DNA of 64,000 bases from an uncultured Myxococcales bacterium (GTDB taxonomy: Bacteria > Myxococcota_A > Polyangia > Palsa-1104 > JAEUJZ01): positions 4,131 to 68,130 of the forward strand of contig CAYWPR010000029.1 in the NCBI GenBank assembly GCA_964460115.1, read 5' to 3'. A program made the translations under genes and the position numbers. The notes under the pieces were generated by a model. That model saw nothing but the letters and a program-made list of their open reading frames with translations, was not told the DNA's origin and made no database searches. Of this stretch, positions 47,736 through 58,634 are shown in pieces (positions within the stretch are counted from its first letter, which is position 1; each line of letters opens with the position of its first letter).

Positions 47736-49673
47736 CTACACTGCTTCCAAAATCGTGTTGTCGCGGTACGCGGCGATAAGCTGTTCCAGAATTTCAATCT
47801 CGCGCCAAATCAACTTGCCGATTTCGGTGTCTTCCACCGTGCGCGGATTGGCGTAGGTGCGCAGGGTTTCGATTTTGGGAATGATGTCGGCGCCGTGAGT
47901 GACGGCTTCCTCGGCAGATTCAAAATGGTGATGCTGGGCCAAATCGATGCGCGATGCGCCAAGCACCAAGGTATAGCCTTTGTCGCCATAGGCTTCGGAA
48001 AATGCACCATCGATGGTCACCGCCTGACCACTGCGCTTCAGCGGCGATTCACCTTTTTCCAGCTTGACCGGAACGTGGCCGTTGACAATGAGGCCGCGGC
48101 TGCCATCGACGCCGAACTCTGCAAAAATGCGCTGACAAAATTCCGGCGTATGAATCAGGGAAAAGTAGGGATTCTTTGTTTCTTTGTGCGCTTCTTTGTC
48201 CGCGATGAAGTAGGTTTCCAATGTTGTCATGCGGTCTTTGCCAAATAGCGGCGAGCCGGGGCCAGCCCACAGATACCACAGCATATCCAAATCTGCGGGA
48301 TCTCGACGGTGAAAAGCGCGATGTACGACTTCCTGCAGCTTGTGAAAAAGCGCACGGCCGCTATAGGGCTGGCCATCTATATGCAAGGGCAAAAATTGTC
48401 CCGTCGCATCCACTGGAACGCAGCCATGAAAGATCAGCGTATCGTCGCGGACTAAATACATGGCGCCATGTTTTTCCACAAAGCGCATGTGTTCCCAAAG
48501 GGTCGGACTGTACAAAAAAGACTGCTTGATGCGCGCGATGCAGGCCGCTTCTTCTTCACAAAGCGCATAGGGATCGGCCCAGTTTATCGTGGGCAGAAAG
48601 GAATCCAGCAATGGATGGCGGCGGCCGTCTAGTTCGATCGTCTTGGTCTGCGGATCGATGTGGTGCAAAAGCATCCGGTGCTCAAGCTGCCATTGCGGAT
48701 GGCGACGAATCAATTGTCCTTCCAGCTTGAACTGCAAGATGGCGACGGCTTTTTGCATGCGGGCCATCAGCAGCGGATCGCGCAAGCCTTCCCCTTTGCA
48801 GGAAAAATGCTCGGCGGAATCTTGCGCGTACAGTGTCCGGGCCAGTTTTTCAAGCGGAGCAATCGGAATTCCGTATCCCTCTTCAAGCTGCGACAAACGC
48901 CGGTAACGTAGAGAGATGCGCAAAACCGTGGCGATGAGCGCTTCTTGTCCTAAGCAGGCGCCCATCCACGAGGCGTCGTGATTGCCCCAAGTGATGGCCA
49001 CGTTTGGTTGCCGCATAAGGTGCGCGCATACTTTGTCCAGGCGCGGTCCGCGATCACCTAGATCTCCGGCGACAATCAACTCAAAGACCGACAAATTGCG
49101 CACCAGGCGGGCGCTGGCGCGCAAAAGCTCAAGATCCTCGCCGTGTTGCAAAAATGGCTCGAGCAGGGCGTCTACAAACGGCTGATTCCGTCCATAAAGC
49201 GGCGCAAACAGCAGTTCGCGAAACAGCGGGCGATAGGCTGCAGGAAAGACGCGATCGAGCGCTCTGTCGCTGTAGCCGCGGCCAAGGACGCGCAGCAGGC
49301 GAAACTCCAGATGTATGATACGCCGCAGAAAATCGCGGCGGGCCGAATCAGAGCCAAACGACGGCGCAAGGTGGGCGTAAGTCTCGCGCGGGTAGTAAAT
49401 CATGTTCAGAAGCGCAAGCCGCGACGCTTCATCAAGTTCCGCGCCGAGCACCTGCTCGACAAAAGGACGCAGGCTGCCCGACGCGTTATTGATAATATGC
49501 TTGAGCTTCTTGTATTCACCATGTACGTCGCTGACGACGTGAATGGTCCCTTTTTCCAAGGTCAGTACGCTGCGCAAATGCGCGATCTCGGCCAGTGCCG
49601 CAGAAATGCTGGGAAAGCGGCGAGACAGCGCGCGCAGATGTATCAAATCCGACGTATCGTCCTTGCTGGTCAC
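47736..49673 (-). CDS. fbp: Fructose-1,6-bisphosphatase, class 3
   Basis: Colinear with Bacillus Fbp/YydE. Conserved regions include [14 protein letters not shown] and GNHD. Confidence 0.85.
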   Translation of the reverse strand: MTSKDDTSDLIHLRALSRRFPSISAALAEIAHLRSVLTLEKGTIHVVSDVHGEYKKLKHIINNASGSLRPFVEQVLGAELDEASRLALLNMIYYPRETYAHLAPSFGSDSARRDFLRRIIHLEFRLLRVLGRGYSDRALDRVFPAAYRPLFRELLFAPLYGRNQPFVDALLEPFLQHGEDLELLRASARLVRNLSVFELIVAGDLGDRGPRLDKVCAHLMRQPNVAITWGNHDASWMGACLGQEALIATVLRISLRYRRLSQLEEGYGIPIAPLEKLARTLYAQDSAEHFSCKGEGLRDPLLMARMQKAVAILQFKLEGQLIRRHPQWQLEHRMLLHHIDPQTKTIELDGRRHPLLDSFLPTINWADPYALCEEEAACIARIKQSFLYSPTLWEHMRFVEKHGAMYLVRDDTLIFHGCVPVDATGQFLPLHIDGQPYSGRALFHKLQEVVHRAFHRRDPADLDMLWYLWAGPGSPLFGKDRMTTLETYFIADKEAHKETKNPYFSLIHTPEFCQRIFAEFGVDGSRGLIVNGHVPVKLEKGESPLKRSGQAVTIDGAFSEAYGDKGYTLVLGASRIDLAQHHHFESAEEAVTHGADIIPKIETLRTYANPRTVEDTEIGKLIWREIEILEQLIAAYRDNTILEAV

Positions 49674-50746
49674 GCGACCGTGATCTCACTGGCCAGATAA
49701 ACGTCTTGAATGGCGTTTAGAATGCTGATGCCTTCGCGCAGCGGTCGCTGAAAGGCTTTGCGTCCAGAGATGAGTCCCATTCCGCCGGCACGCTTGTTGA
49801 TGACTGCGGTACGCGTGGCTTCCGCCCAGTCGCTTTCGCCGCTCGATGCGCCGCCGGAATTGATAAGCCCCGCGCGCCCCATATAGCAATTGGCGACCTG
49901 ATAGCGCGTTAGATCAATGGGATTTTCGCTGGTCAATTCGCTGTAAATCTTCGCATTGGTCTTTCCGTAGGGATTTTCTTTGGAGGTTAGCGCTTTGTAG
50001 CCGCCGTTGTTTTCGGGCAGCTTTTGCTTGATGATGTCGGCGCCCAGGGTCACACCCAGGTGGTTGGCTTGTCCGGTTAGATCCGCAGACACGTGATAGT
50101 CGTGCTCTTTGGTCGAAAACGCCGAGTTGCGCAGATAGCACCAAAGTACAGTTGCCATTCCCAATTCATGGGCAGCCTGAAACGCTTGACTGACTTCTAC
50201 AATCTGCCGTCCGGATTCGGCTGAACCAAAGTAAATGGTGGCGCCCACGGCAACGGCTCCTAGATTCCATGCCTGCTTGACCGTTCCCCACATGATTTGA
50301 TCGAATTTGTTGGGGTAACTGAGAAATTCATTGTGATTGAGCTTTGCGATAAAAGGAATGCGGTGCGCATACTTGCGTGAAACCGAAGCCAGCACGCCAA
50401 AGCTAGACGCCACGGCATTGCAGCCGCCTTCTAGCGCCAATTTCACGATGTTTTCACCGTCGAAATAGTCTGGATTGGGCGCAAACGATGCACCGGCAGA
50501 ATGCTCGATGCCCTGATCCACGGGCAGAATCGACAAGTAGCCGGTTCCAGCCAAGCGTCCAAAACAAAACAGACTGTTCAGACTTCTTAAAACCTGCGGC
50601 GAGCGATCGGAATCGCGAAACACTCGATCGACAAAGTCTGGGCCGGGCAGATGCAGTTTTTCTTTGGGAATTCCCTTGGCTTTGTACTCGAGAAGATTTG
50701 CGGCATCGTTGCCCAGGTATTTGACGATGGTTTCAAGCTGGCTCAT
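49670..50746 (-). CDS. fbaB: Class I fructose-bisphosphate aldolase (FbaB/DhnA type)
   Basis: Near-colinear with E. coli FbaB. Conserved regions include [25 protein letters not shown] and [13 protein letters not shown]. Confidence 0.9.
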   Translation of the reverse strand: MSQLETIVKYLGNDAANLLEYKAKGIPKEKLHLPGPDFVDRVFRDSDRSPQVLRSLNSLFCFGRLAGTGYLSILPVDQGIEHSAGASFAPNPDYFDGENIVKLALEGGCNAVASSFGVLASVSRKYAHRIPFIAKLNHNEFLSYPNKFDQIMWGTVKQAWNLGAVAVGATIYFGSAESGRQIVEVSQAFQAAHELGMATVLWCYLRNSAFSTKEHDYHVSADLTGQANHLGVTLGADIIKQKLPENNGGYKALTSKENPYGKTNAKIYSELTSENPIDLTRYQVANCYMGRAGLINSGGASSGESDWAEATRTAVINKRAGGMGLISGRKAFQRPLREGISILNAIQDVYLASEITVA

Positions 50747-50780
50747 GGAGAAACTCCCTTAGGTTTAGGTGAAAAGTAGT

Positions 50781-51677
50781 CTAACGGGGCAAAACGGAAT
50801 GACCGCCGAAGGCATTGCGCATCGCGGCGAGCATCTTTTCCGCAAAAGACTCATCCTGCCGCGAACGGAAGCGAGTAAATAGCGACGCGGCCAGCGTTGG
50901 CACGGGAACGGCTTTGGCAATGGCTTCGGACAAAGTCCAGCGACCTTCTCCGGAATCCTGTACATAGCCGCGTAGACCGTCAAGCTGCGGATTTTGGCTT
51001 AAAAAGCCGCCGCATAGCTCTAGCAGCCAGGAACGAATGACGCTGCCCTGCATCCACAGATTGGCGATTCGGCCCAAGTCGAGGTTGTAGTCGGACTTCT
51101 TCATCAGCTCGAAGCCTTCGGCGTAGCCCTGCATCATGCTGTATTCGATGGCATTGTGAACCATCTTGACGTAGTGGCCGGCTCCGGATGCACCCATGTA
51201 GGCCCAGCCATTTGGCGGAGCCAATGTGTCCAGAATGGGTTTTAGAGCATTTACGACTTCCGAAGGGCCGCCGACCATCATGCAATAGCCGTTGGCCAGC
51301 CCCCAGATGCCGCCTGAGGTGCCGACGTCGATATAGTGAATTTGGCGCGGCGATAGCTCGGCAGTACGTCGCACATCATCGTGAAAATAGGTATTGCCGC
51401 CATCGATGATGACGTCGCCAGCAGATAGAAGCGAAGCAAGCTGACGCACCGATTCTTCCGTGGGAGCTCCCGACGGCACCATCAGCCAAACGATACGGGG
51501 CGCAGCCAGCTTGCCGACCAGCGCCTGCAGCGAAGCAGCCCCGAGGCAGCCTTCTTGCTCGGCACGACTGACAAGCTCAGGGCTGCGATCATAGGCCACT
51601 ACTTGATGGCCACCGCGGCGCAGGCGGGTGACCATGTTCATTCCCATTTTCCCAAGACCGACGAATCCAATTTCCAT
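50781..51677 (-). CDS. 6-phosphogluconate dehydrogenase (decarboxylating), short YqeC/GndA-like form
   Basis: GLGKMG NAD-binding motif. GAGHYVKMVHNAIEY motif. Confidence 0.6.
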   Translation of the reverse strand: MEIGFVGLGKMGMNMVTRLRRGGHQVVAYDRSPELVSRAEQEGCLGAASLQALVGKLAAPRIVWLMVPSGAPTEESVRQLASLLSAGDVIIDGGNTYFHDDVRRTAELSPRQIHYIDVGTSGGIWGLANGYCMMVGGPSEVVNALKPILDTLAPPNGWAYMGASGAGHYVKMVHNAIEYSMMQGYAEGFELMKKSDYNLDLGRIANLWMQGSVIRSWLLELCGGFLSQNPQLDGLRGYVQDSGEGRWTLSEAIAKAVPVPTLAASLFTRFRSRQDESFAEKMLAAMRNAFGGHSVLPR

Positions 51678-51773
51678 GACGCAGCATCCTTTTTCGTTTT
51701 GCCGAGCCGCGGCGCCTGTACATGTATACATCCGCGAGCTGCCACATCATAACGCAAAGCCGAGCCGCGGCGC

Positions 51774-53063
51774 TTAAATCGCTTCTTTGCGGCGGCCGGG
51801 GGCCCATTCCCGTTCGGAATCGGGACGAGTTTCTAAAAATCGCGCCAGGCGATGAAAATCCGACCCAGGCTGAATGTAGCGCACCGCCGTCTTCATCGTC
51901 TGATGATCGATAAGCTCGGCAAACGGAACATATTTTAGCTCCAATTGGCCTTGGACGCTGACCATGTAGCCGTCGAGGTTTTCTTCCACAAGGGCGCGAT
52001 ACGCGCCGATGCCAAGCTGACTGCCGAGCATCACATCAAAAGCGTGCGGTGGTGCGCATCGCGACTCGTAGCCTAGCTGTACGCCGGTGAATTTCTTTTT
52101 GCGGCCGGTCGCTTGTTCGTAGCGTTCGGCGACGATTTTGGCCATCCATTTGCCAATGTCCGCCTTGCTTAGCGAAGGATGACCATGTTCATCGCGGAAG
52201 GCGCCCGCCGTCGTGCTATCCGGAAGCAATTCGGCCAGTCCTTCGGCCAGAACGACCGTGCCATAGTGTTTGTCGTAGCGACTTTCGCGCACTTGCACGA
52301 CTTCGATGATGCGGTCGGCCAGTTTTTTTGCATCCAATTTGCCGCCGCTCAGCAGCGAATCGTCTACATCTTCGGGGCCGACGACCAAATTGGCTTCGCC
52401 GGCGATGGCGACGCCATAGCTAAGCCAGCCGGCTTTGCGCCCCATGGTTTCGACGATGTAATAGGAACTCGTGGCGATGGCATCGGCGCGCAGGTTTTGC
52501 ACTTCTTTGGCCATAAAATCCACGGCGGTGAAAAAGCCAAAGGTAAAATCGATGCCGCTATAGTCGTTGTCGATGGTTTTGGGCAGGTGAATGATTTGAA
52601 TGCGGTGGGCGCCGGCCGGCAGGCGGCGCTGGTATTCATAAAGCAGATTGGCGGTCTTTAAAGTATCGTCGCCTCCGATGGAAATCAGCGCATCGATTTG
52701 CAAATCGACAAAGGCGTCATAGACACTTTTCAGCCGCAGGCTGCGTTGCGGATTCGAAAGGTGTTCCGGACGCTCGATGCCCTTGCCGGGGTTGGCGCGA
52801 GAAGTGCCAATCAGAATGCCGCGGCTATTGCGCAGTCCGCGCAAATCTTTTTCGCTAAGAACTCGGTAGTGCGCATCCGGCAATAGAGGATGATTGCTTG
52901 GGTGATAGTCTTGCAGGTTGGAATAGCCGTGAAAAAAACCCACGACTTGGCGGTTGTCTTCCAGCAGCGAAACCGCTGCCGCCCCGATGACCGCATTGGC
53001 CGCCGGCGCGGGCCCTCCGGCAAACACGATCCCAACCCGCTTTATATGGTCGCCTTTTTTCAT
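51774..53063 (-). CDS. 6-phosphofructokinase, probably PPi-dependent (GGDDT)
   Basis: GIVFAGGPAPAANA, GGDDT and TIDND motifs. Confidence 0.7.
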   Translation of the reverse strand: MKKGDHIKRVGIVFAGGPAPAANAVIGAAAVSLLEDNRQVVGFFHGYSNLQDYHPSNHPLLPDAHYRVLSEKDLRGLRNSRGILIGTSRANPGKGIERPEHLSNPQRSLRLKSVYDAFVDLQIDALISIGGDDTLKTANLLYEYQRRLPAGAHRIQIIHLPKTIDNDYSGIDFTFGFFTAVDFMAKEVQNLRADAIATSSYYIVETMGRKAGWLSYGVAIAGEANLVVGPEDVDDSLLSGGKLDAKKLADRIIEVVQVRESRYDKHYGTVVLAEGLAELLPDSTTAGAFRDEHGHPSLSKADIGKWMAKIVAERYEQATGRKKKFTGVQLGYESRCAPPHAFDVMLGSQLGIGAYRALVEENLDGYMVSVQGQLELKYVPFAELIDHQTMKTAVRYIQPGSDFHRLARFLETRPDSEREWAPGRRKEAI

Positions 53064-53140
53064 CGCCCTGAACTCGTTTCCCAAGCGCACTTTGGCCCGG
53101 CGAAAACATTCGCCGGACCCTTGGCGGTGTAGGACTTGGC

Positions 53141-53911
53141 TTATGCCAAGTTGAAATTCAGTACCGAACGGATGCTTGGGTGAATGACCACCGGCCGCTG
53201 AGAATCGTCTGTGGCCAGGTGCACGCACAGCGCATCGGGAAAATGCTCGCGGTAGATGTTGATGTGCGCGGGCTCATTGTCAAACGCCGCGATGACCGAG
53301 CCCAGGGCGACGATTTGATCGCGCGCCAAGCGTTTCCATTCATCGTCATGAACTTCAAAGGTCGGTTTCATGATGAGATGAACGCCGTTTGCCTGATCGT
53401 TTTCTGCCGGCAGCGGAAATCCTTCGCGCGCAAAGCACGCCAAAGTTCCCGCTCGCATGTCCAAATGGCGTCCGGTGCAATAAATGACCGTCGCTCCGCT
53501 CGATAGGACGCGCTTGACGTAATCCACCGCGCCTGAAATCGGTCGGTCGTCAATGCAGTACTCGCTGGTGAAAAATCGCTCGCGCCAGAATTGCCGCGCG
53601 GCGGGTTCAAGTGCCAGCGCTTCTTCCTGACTAAGTCCGCACTTGCGCATGGGATTGCTTAGCGACCAGTCGTCAAAGTATTCGGGGCGGCAATCGCTTA
53701 AGTGCACGATGCCGGCGCTTTGTCCGAATTCGCGCAGAATGCGCGCCTGACGCGGACGATTGTCGAGCAGCGTCGAATCCAGGTCGAACAGCACGACCGA
53801 TGCCGGAGATTTGTTGCCATTTGCTTGCCCGGCGCGCGCAAGTACATCATGGAGCACCGCCGGAACGATTTCACGCGTCCTGCCAGTCATAAGCCTCACC
53901 ATACCGAACAT
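53141..53911 (-). CDS. HAD-superfamily hydrolase
   Basis: LFDLDSTLLD motif I. Confidence 0.55.
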   Translation of the reverse strand: MFGMVRLMTGRTREIVPAVLHDVLARAGQANGNKSPASVVLFDLDSTLLDNRPRQARILREFGQSAGIVHLSDCRPEYFDDWSLSNPMRKCGLSQEEALALEPAARQFWRERFFTSEYCIDDRPISGAVDYVKRVLSSGATVIYCTGRHLDMRAGTLACFAREGFPLPAENDQANGVHLIMKPTFEVHDDEWKRLARDQIVALGSVIAAFDNEPAHINIYREHFPDALCVHLATDDSQRPVVIHPSIRSVLNFNLA

Positions 53912-56028
53912 TGGTTTTGTCGAACCATCTTATCGCCGGCCTTGCACTGCCAGGCCGCCGCGAAAGCGGGAAAATTCGCCAGCGGGCCGTTGATGCGATA
54001 TTCCCCCGGCGAATGCGGATCGACGGTAATTAGCATGCGCGCGTATTCGGGCCGGCGTTTTTCACACCAGCTTTGCGCAAGACCCAAGAAAAAGAGCTGC
54101 TCTTGGTTAAATTCGCTTTTCGGTGCCGTGACGGAATTTTTCTTGTTGGCAAGCTGATACGCCGCAAACGCCAACTTGATGCCTCCTAGGTCTGCGATGT
54201 TTTCACCCAGCGTCAGTTTGCCGTCGAGATGCAGATTATCGACCGGCGTAAAGCCATTGTACTGTTCGACAATGCAGCTCGCACGGCGATCGAACTCAGC
54301 GCTGACTTTGGGCGACCACCAATCCTTCAGATTTCCCGCCAGATCAAACTGCCGTCCTTCATCATCAAAACCGTGGGTGACTTCGTGTCCCATGATCATG
54401 CCGATGGATCCGAAGTTGATGACCCGCGAAACGCCCCGACTAAACAGCGGCGGCTGCAAAATTCCCGCCGGAAAGACGATTTCGTTCAGCAGCGGCTCAT
54501 AATAAGCGTTTACCGTCGGCGCGGTCATTTGCCACTCGCTGCGGTCTAGCGGTTTGCCGATTTTGGCCAAGGTGCGCTTGCTCTCAAAAGCGCCAGCGGC
54601 CAGGAAGTTTTGCAGATAGGAATCCCTGCGCACGCGAATCGAGCTGTAATCGCGTGCTTTGTCGGGATACCCGATTTTGTTGACGATGCGATTTAGCTTG
54701 CCGAGCGCGGCGCGGCGCGTGGAATCGTCCATCCAGGCCAGATTTTTGATGACCTCGGCCATCGCCTGTTCGATGTACGTAATGATTTCTTGGGTCTGAG
54801 CTTTGCCATCGGCGCCGAAGTTTTGCGCGACAAAAGCAACTGCCAGGGCTTCGCCCAAGCTTTGATCGGTGGCGCTGACGCAGCGCTTCCAGCGCGGCAG
54901 ATTTTGCACCGCCCCCGTCAAGCGCTTGCCGTAGAAGTCGAAGTTTTCATTCACAAAGGCCTGGCTTAGCCGGCGCGATGCGCCATTTAGCGCATTCCAG
55001 CGCAGATACAGCTTCAGGTTTTCAAGCGATTGCTCGCCAAGCAGTTGATTGAGCGCGCTGACAAAATCCGGCACAGCTACGTTGATGCTGGAAATCCCCG
55101 GAAATCCGAGACTGTGCAGATAAAGCTGCCACGGAAAACGCGGCGCCAGTTTCAGCGTGCCTTCGAGCTCCAGACGGTGATACAAAGTCTTGGGATCGCG
55201 CCTTTGCGGAAGGCTAAGCGATGCCGTGGCAAGCTGCTTTTCGATGGCGAAAATGCTGCGCGCCTGCGTTTCCGCGGTTGCCGGCGCGGTTCCGCCAAGC
55301 GTCAGCAGCCGCGCAATGTGCTGCACATACTGGGTGCGCAGCTCTTCGGACTTGGGGTCCGTCTTTAGGTAATAATCGCGATCGGGCAGACCCAGCCCGC
55401 CCTGATCGAGGTTGCCGATGACCTGAGTCGCGTCCTTATAGTCCTGCTGCGAGCTAAATTGAAAAAACGGCTCGCCCAGGCTTAGATGCTGCCGCGCCAC
55501 TTCACGCGCCAGGTCGTCCAAGTTGCGTATGGCGTCAATTGGCTTAAGCAGCGCGCTTAGCTCGGCCGCCGCGGTTTTTTCAATGCGCGTTTCGTCCATG
55601 CAGGCGGTGTAAAAATCGCCAAGCTGGCGCTCGGTAGCGCTGGCATTTTTGTTGCCGGCAGCGGTTTCAAGAATGCTCTGCAATGCCTTCTGATTGCGTT
55701 CTTGAATTTCTGAGGTGCGGCTCCAGCGGGGACGATCCGCAGGAATTTCCGTGCGGTCGATCCAGTTTCCGCAGGCAAAGCGGTAAAAATCGTCACAAGG
55801 CCGCGTTTTGCGATCCAGCGCGCTCAGGTCGATGCCAAGCCCTGCGGAAGTCTCGGAGATGGCGCTAGCGCCCTGGCTTTGGCCCGGGCCCGTATCCGCG
55901 GCGCCGGTCTGTGGCGTAGCTGCCCCAGTTAGGCCGAGCACAAAGCCGACTAGCAGACCGCTCAAACCAAGCACGTGCCGTCTGCTGCGGTGAAAGATGA
56001 CGTTTACGTAACGATGCACAACGAGCAT
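53896..56028 (-). CDS. M13-family zinc metallopeptidase (neprilysin/PepO-like), secreted
   Basis: HEVTHGFD (HExxH) and NAYY motifs, with a signal-anchor N-terminus. Confidence 0.8.
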   Translation of the reverse strand: MLVVHRYVNVIFHRSRRHVLGLSGLLVGFVLGLTGAATPQTGAADTGPGQSQGASAISETSAGLGIDLSALDRKTRPCDDFYRFACGNWIDRTEIPADRPRWSRTSEIQERNQKALQSILETAAGNKNASATERQLGDFYTACMDETRIEKTAAAELSALLKPIDAIRNLDDLAREVARQHLSLGEPFFQFSSQQDYKDATQVIGNLDQGGLGLPDRDYYLKTDPKSEELRTQYVQHIARLLTLGGTAPATAETQARSIFAIEKQLATASLSLPQRRDPKTLYHRLELEGTLKLAPRFPWQLYLHSLGFPGISSINVAVPDFVSALNQLLGEQSLENLKLYLRWNALNGASRRLSQAFVNENFDFYGKRLTGAVQNLPRWKRCVSATDQSLGEALAVAFVAQNFGADGKAQTQEIITYIEQAMAEVIKNLAWMDDSTRRAALGKLNRIVNKIGYPDKARDYSSIRVRRDSYLQNFLAAGAFESKRTLAKIGKPLDRSEWQMTAPTVNAYYEPLLNEIVFPAGILQPPLFSRGVSRVINFGSIGMIMGHEVTHGFDDEGRQFDLAGNLKDWWSPKVSAEFDRRASCIVEQYNGFTPVDNLHLDGKLTLGENIADLGGIKLAFAAYQLANKKNSVTAPKSEFNQEQLFFLGLAQSWCEKRRPEYARMLITVDPHSPGEYRINGPLANFPAFAAAWQCKAGDKMVRQNQCSVW

Positions 56029-56160
56029 AAGCGGACATATAGCACTGCCTCGACCCAACAAAAAGCAGTTCTTCAATTGACTGCGTCACCCGCATCCGCC
56101 TAGGGTTTGCTGCGTTTGGGTCTACACGAAACTTCAGTCGTTTCAGGGCGCGATAAAGCG

Positions 56161-56697
56161 ATGCAAAGCATTCTTCTTCATCGACCTCAGCACAAGTTCT
56201 CTGCGGCCCACATGACCGTTTTTGCCGACGGCACAAAGGAACGTTTGCATGGTCATAACTATCAACTGGCGATTCAGATTTTTCTGCGCGAGGCGGCTTT
56301 TCCCATTCTGTGCGATTTTGCGGTGATTAAGGCGGGGCTTTTGGCCGTCTGCAAAGAATTAAACGAGCGCACTTTGCTGGCGCGCAACAATCCTTTTTTG
56401 CGCATTGCACCGGAACAGATTGCGGGGCAGGCGCACATTCGCGTGCAGCATCGCGACGGGGTTTACCTTTTGCCCGAATCGGATGTGGCGCTTTTGCCGC
56501 TTGATAACATCACCACCGAACAGTTGGCACGATACTGCCATACGCGACTGGCCGAGTATTTGCGTCGGCATCTGCCCGAAGCCGTGCAAGCCATTCTGAG
56601 CGAGTTCGAAGTGTGTGTTTACGAGCTGCCGGGTCAAGGGGCTAGCTTTCGCGCCTCTTTGAACCTGGAGGGCGCTGCACAACCCGCACATGGCTGA
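56161..56697 (+). CDS. 6-pyruvoyl-tetrahydropterin synthase / QueD-family protein
   Basis: HKFSAAH...ERLHGHNY motif. Confidence 0.6.
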   Translation: MQSILLHRPQHKFSAAHMTVFADGTKERLHGHNYQLAIQIFLREAAFPILCDFAVIKAGLLAVCKELNERTLLARNNPFLRIAPEQIAGQAHIRVQHRDGVYLLPESDVALLPLDNITTEQLARYCHTRLAEYLRRHLPEAVQAILSEFEVCVYELPGQGASFRASLNLEGAAQPAHG

Positions 56698-58129
56698 TTC
56701 GGACGATATACGCCGCCGGCTGCTTTTGATCATGGCCGACGTCGAAGAGCGGCAGCGGCTGGCTCGCAGCTTGCGCGAATACGGCTACGGGGTCCACAGC
56801 GCCAGCGATGTCGCGGCGGCCAAACCAGTGCTGACCTGCGAGCCCATCGATATCATTTTTTGGCAAACTGCAAGCACCAAGGACAAAGCGCTGCAGGAAC
56901 TGCTTGCGTACGGGCCCACGCTTTTTGTTCTGGGCGCGGCCGATGCGGCACACATCGAGCTGGCCGAAGCTGCGCTGGCCGCTGGAGCTTATGACTACTT
57001 GCTGGCTCCGCACAGCGCCGCCGACCTGGTGCTGGTCCTGCACAAAGCCGCCGCGCGTGAGGCATATCGCGGCGATTTCGCCGCGGCGCGTTTTTTGGCG
57101 CTACCCGCTCGACCGCTCGCGCCCGACAAAGCCGCGTCGCCGTCCGCATTTCCTGAGCTCATCGCCGAATCGCCGAGCATGCGAGCGCTTTTGGAAAAGC
57201 TACGCCGGCTGGCTACGCACAATACCGCGGTGCTTTTTACCGGCGAATCGGGCACTGGCAAAGAGGTTTGGGCCAAAACTCTGCATGCGCTGTCGCCTCG
57301 GCGCGAAAAGGCGCTAGTTGCCGTCAATTGCGGAGCATTGCCCGAGAATTTGCTGGAAAGCCTACTATTTGGCCATCGCCGTGGCGCTTTTACCGATGCC
57401 GTGCGCGATCAGCAAGGTCTTTTTGAGCAAGCGCATCAAGGGACGCTTTTTCTCGACGAAATCGGCGAACTGCCGCTGAAGCTGCAAGTCAAGCTATTAC
57501 GGGTTTTGCAGGATCAGCGCATTCTGCCACTTGGCGCGCAAAGCGACGAGGTCATTTCCGTCGATGTGCGCGTCGTCGCCGCCACTTTGCGCGACCTGGA
57601 AGATGATGTACAGCGTGGCCGTTTTCGCGCCGATCTGTACTATCGGTTGAGCGTCGTGCCTTTGCACGTGCCGGCTTTGCGCGAACGCGTCGCCGACATT
57701 TTGCCCCTGGCCCGCCACTTTTTGCACCGCGCCGCGCGGCGAATCGGTCGTCCGCTGCACGGCCTGACTCCGGCGGCGCAGCAAGTTCTTTTGCGCCATT
57801 TTTGGCCGGGCAATGTGCGCGAGCTGGAAAATGTCATCGAACGTGCCGTTGTGCTTTGCGAGCATACCGTGCTCGACGCCGCCGACTTGGCGCTAGATGC
57901 AACGCCGCAAGGGCCCGACTTGGGCGATGGGCCTGGACTGCTTCGTATCGATGCCGACGACCTGTCTTTAAAGACCGCGTCACGGCGTCTGGAAATCGCA
58001 CTGATTGGGCGCGCGCTGCGGCAAACCCGCGGCAACCGTTCGGCGGCGGCGCGTTTGCTCGGCCTGTCGCATCGGGCGCTGCTTTATAAAATTCGCGACT
58101 ATGGACTTGGTACACCCGAGAAGACCTAA
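56690..58129 (+). CDS. Sigma-54-dependent transcriptional activator (NtrC/Fis family) with receiver-like N-terminus
   Basis: GESGTGKE Walker A. GAFTDA (GAFTGA-like sigma54 contact). C-terminal HTH. Confidence 0.85.
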   Translation: MADSDDIRRRLLLIMADVEERQRLARSLREYGYGVHSASDVAAAKPVLTCEPIDIIFWQTASTKDKALQELLAYGPTLFVLGAADAAHIELAEAALAAGAYDYLLAPHSAADLVLVLHKAAAREAYRGDFAAARFLALPARPLAPDKAASPSAFPELIAESPSMRALLEKLRRLATHNTAVLFTGESGTGKEVWAKTLHALSPRREKALVAVNCGALPENLLESLLFGHRRGAFTDAVRDQQGLFEQAHQGTLFLDEIGELPLKLQVKLLRVLQDQRILPLGAQSDEVISVDVRVVAATLRDLEDDVQRGRFRADLYYRLSVVPLHVPALRERVADILPLARHFLHRAARRIGRPLHGLTPAAQQVLLRHFWPGNVRELENVIERAVVLCEHTVLDAADLALDATPQGPDLGDGPGLLRIDADDLSLKTASRRLEIALIGRALRQTRGNRSAAARLLGLSHRALLYKIRDYGLGTPEKT

Positions 58130-58204
58130 GCGCCGCAATCCAATCCCTCGCCGCGAAGCTTCACGACGATTGACGAAAGCGCTAAGAGCAGTAAAAATGT
58201 AGCA

Positions 58205-58561
58205 ATGTTCCGCGATAGTTTGCGTCGTATGGTCGAGCAGACCCATGGAGCCGTCGCCGGCCTGCTTATGGGGTTTGATGGCATCGCAGTCGAGACTTTC
58301 ACGCCCGATTCGGGCAAGTTCGACATTCAAACCGTGGGAATGGAGTTCTCTTTCATTCTCATGCAGGTGCGAAAAGCGGTAGATACCCTAGAAGGCGGCA
58401 ACGTCGAGGAAGTGACCATCCGCACCGACAAGGTCACCCTCTTGATTCGCGTTCTCTCCAAGGACTACTTCGTCGCACTAGCTGTGGCGCCGACGGGAAA
58501 TTCGGCAAAAGGCCGTTACCTTTTGCGCGTGACCGCGCCCAAAATTCAAGCCGAGCTGTAA
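58205..58561 (+). CDS. Roadblock/LC7 (MglB-like) domain protein
   Basis: 118-aa alpha/beta protein with the pattern characteristic of roadblock. Confidence 0.5.
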   Translation: MFRDSLRRMVEQTHGAVAGLLMGFDGIAVETFTPDSGKFDIQTVGMEFSFILMQVRKAVDTLEGGNVEEVTIRTDKVTLLIRVLSKDYFVALAVAPTGNSAKGRYLLRVTAPKIQAEL

Positions 58562-58634
58562 ACCGCTCAAAAATGCCGAGCGCCGTCCTTTTTGCCGAAA
58601 GCCGGGCCGGCGCCTTTTAGGGGCCGAGCAGTCG

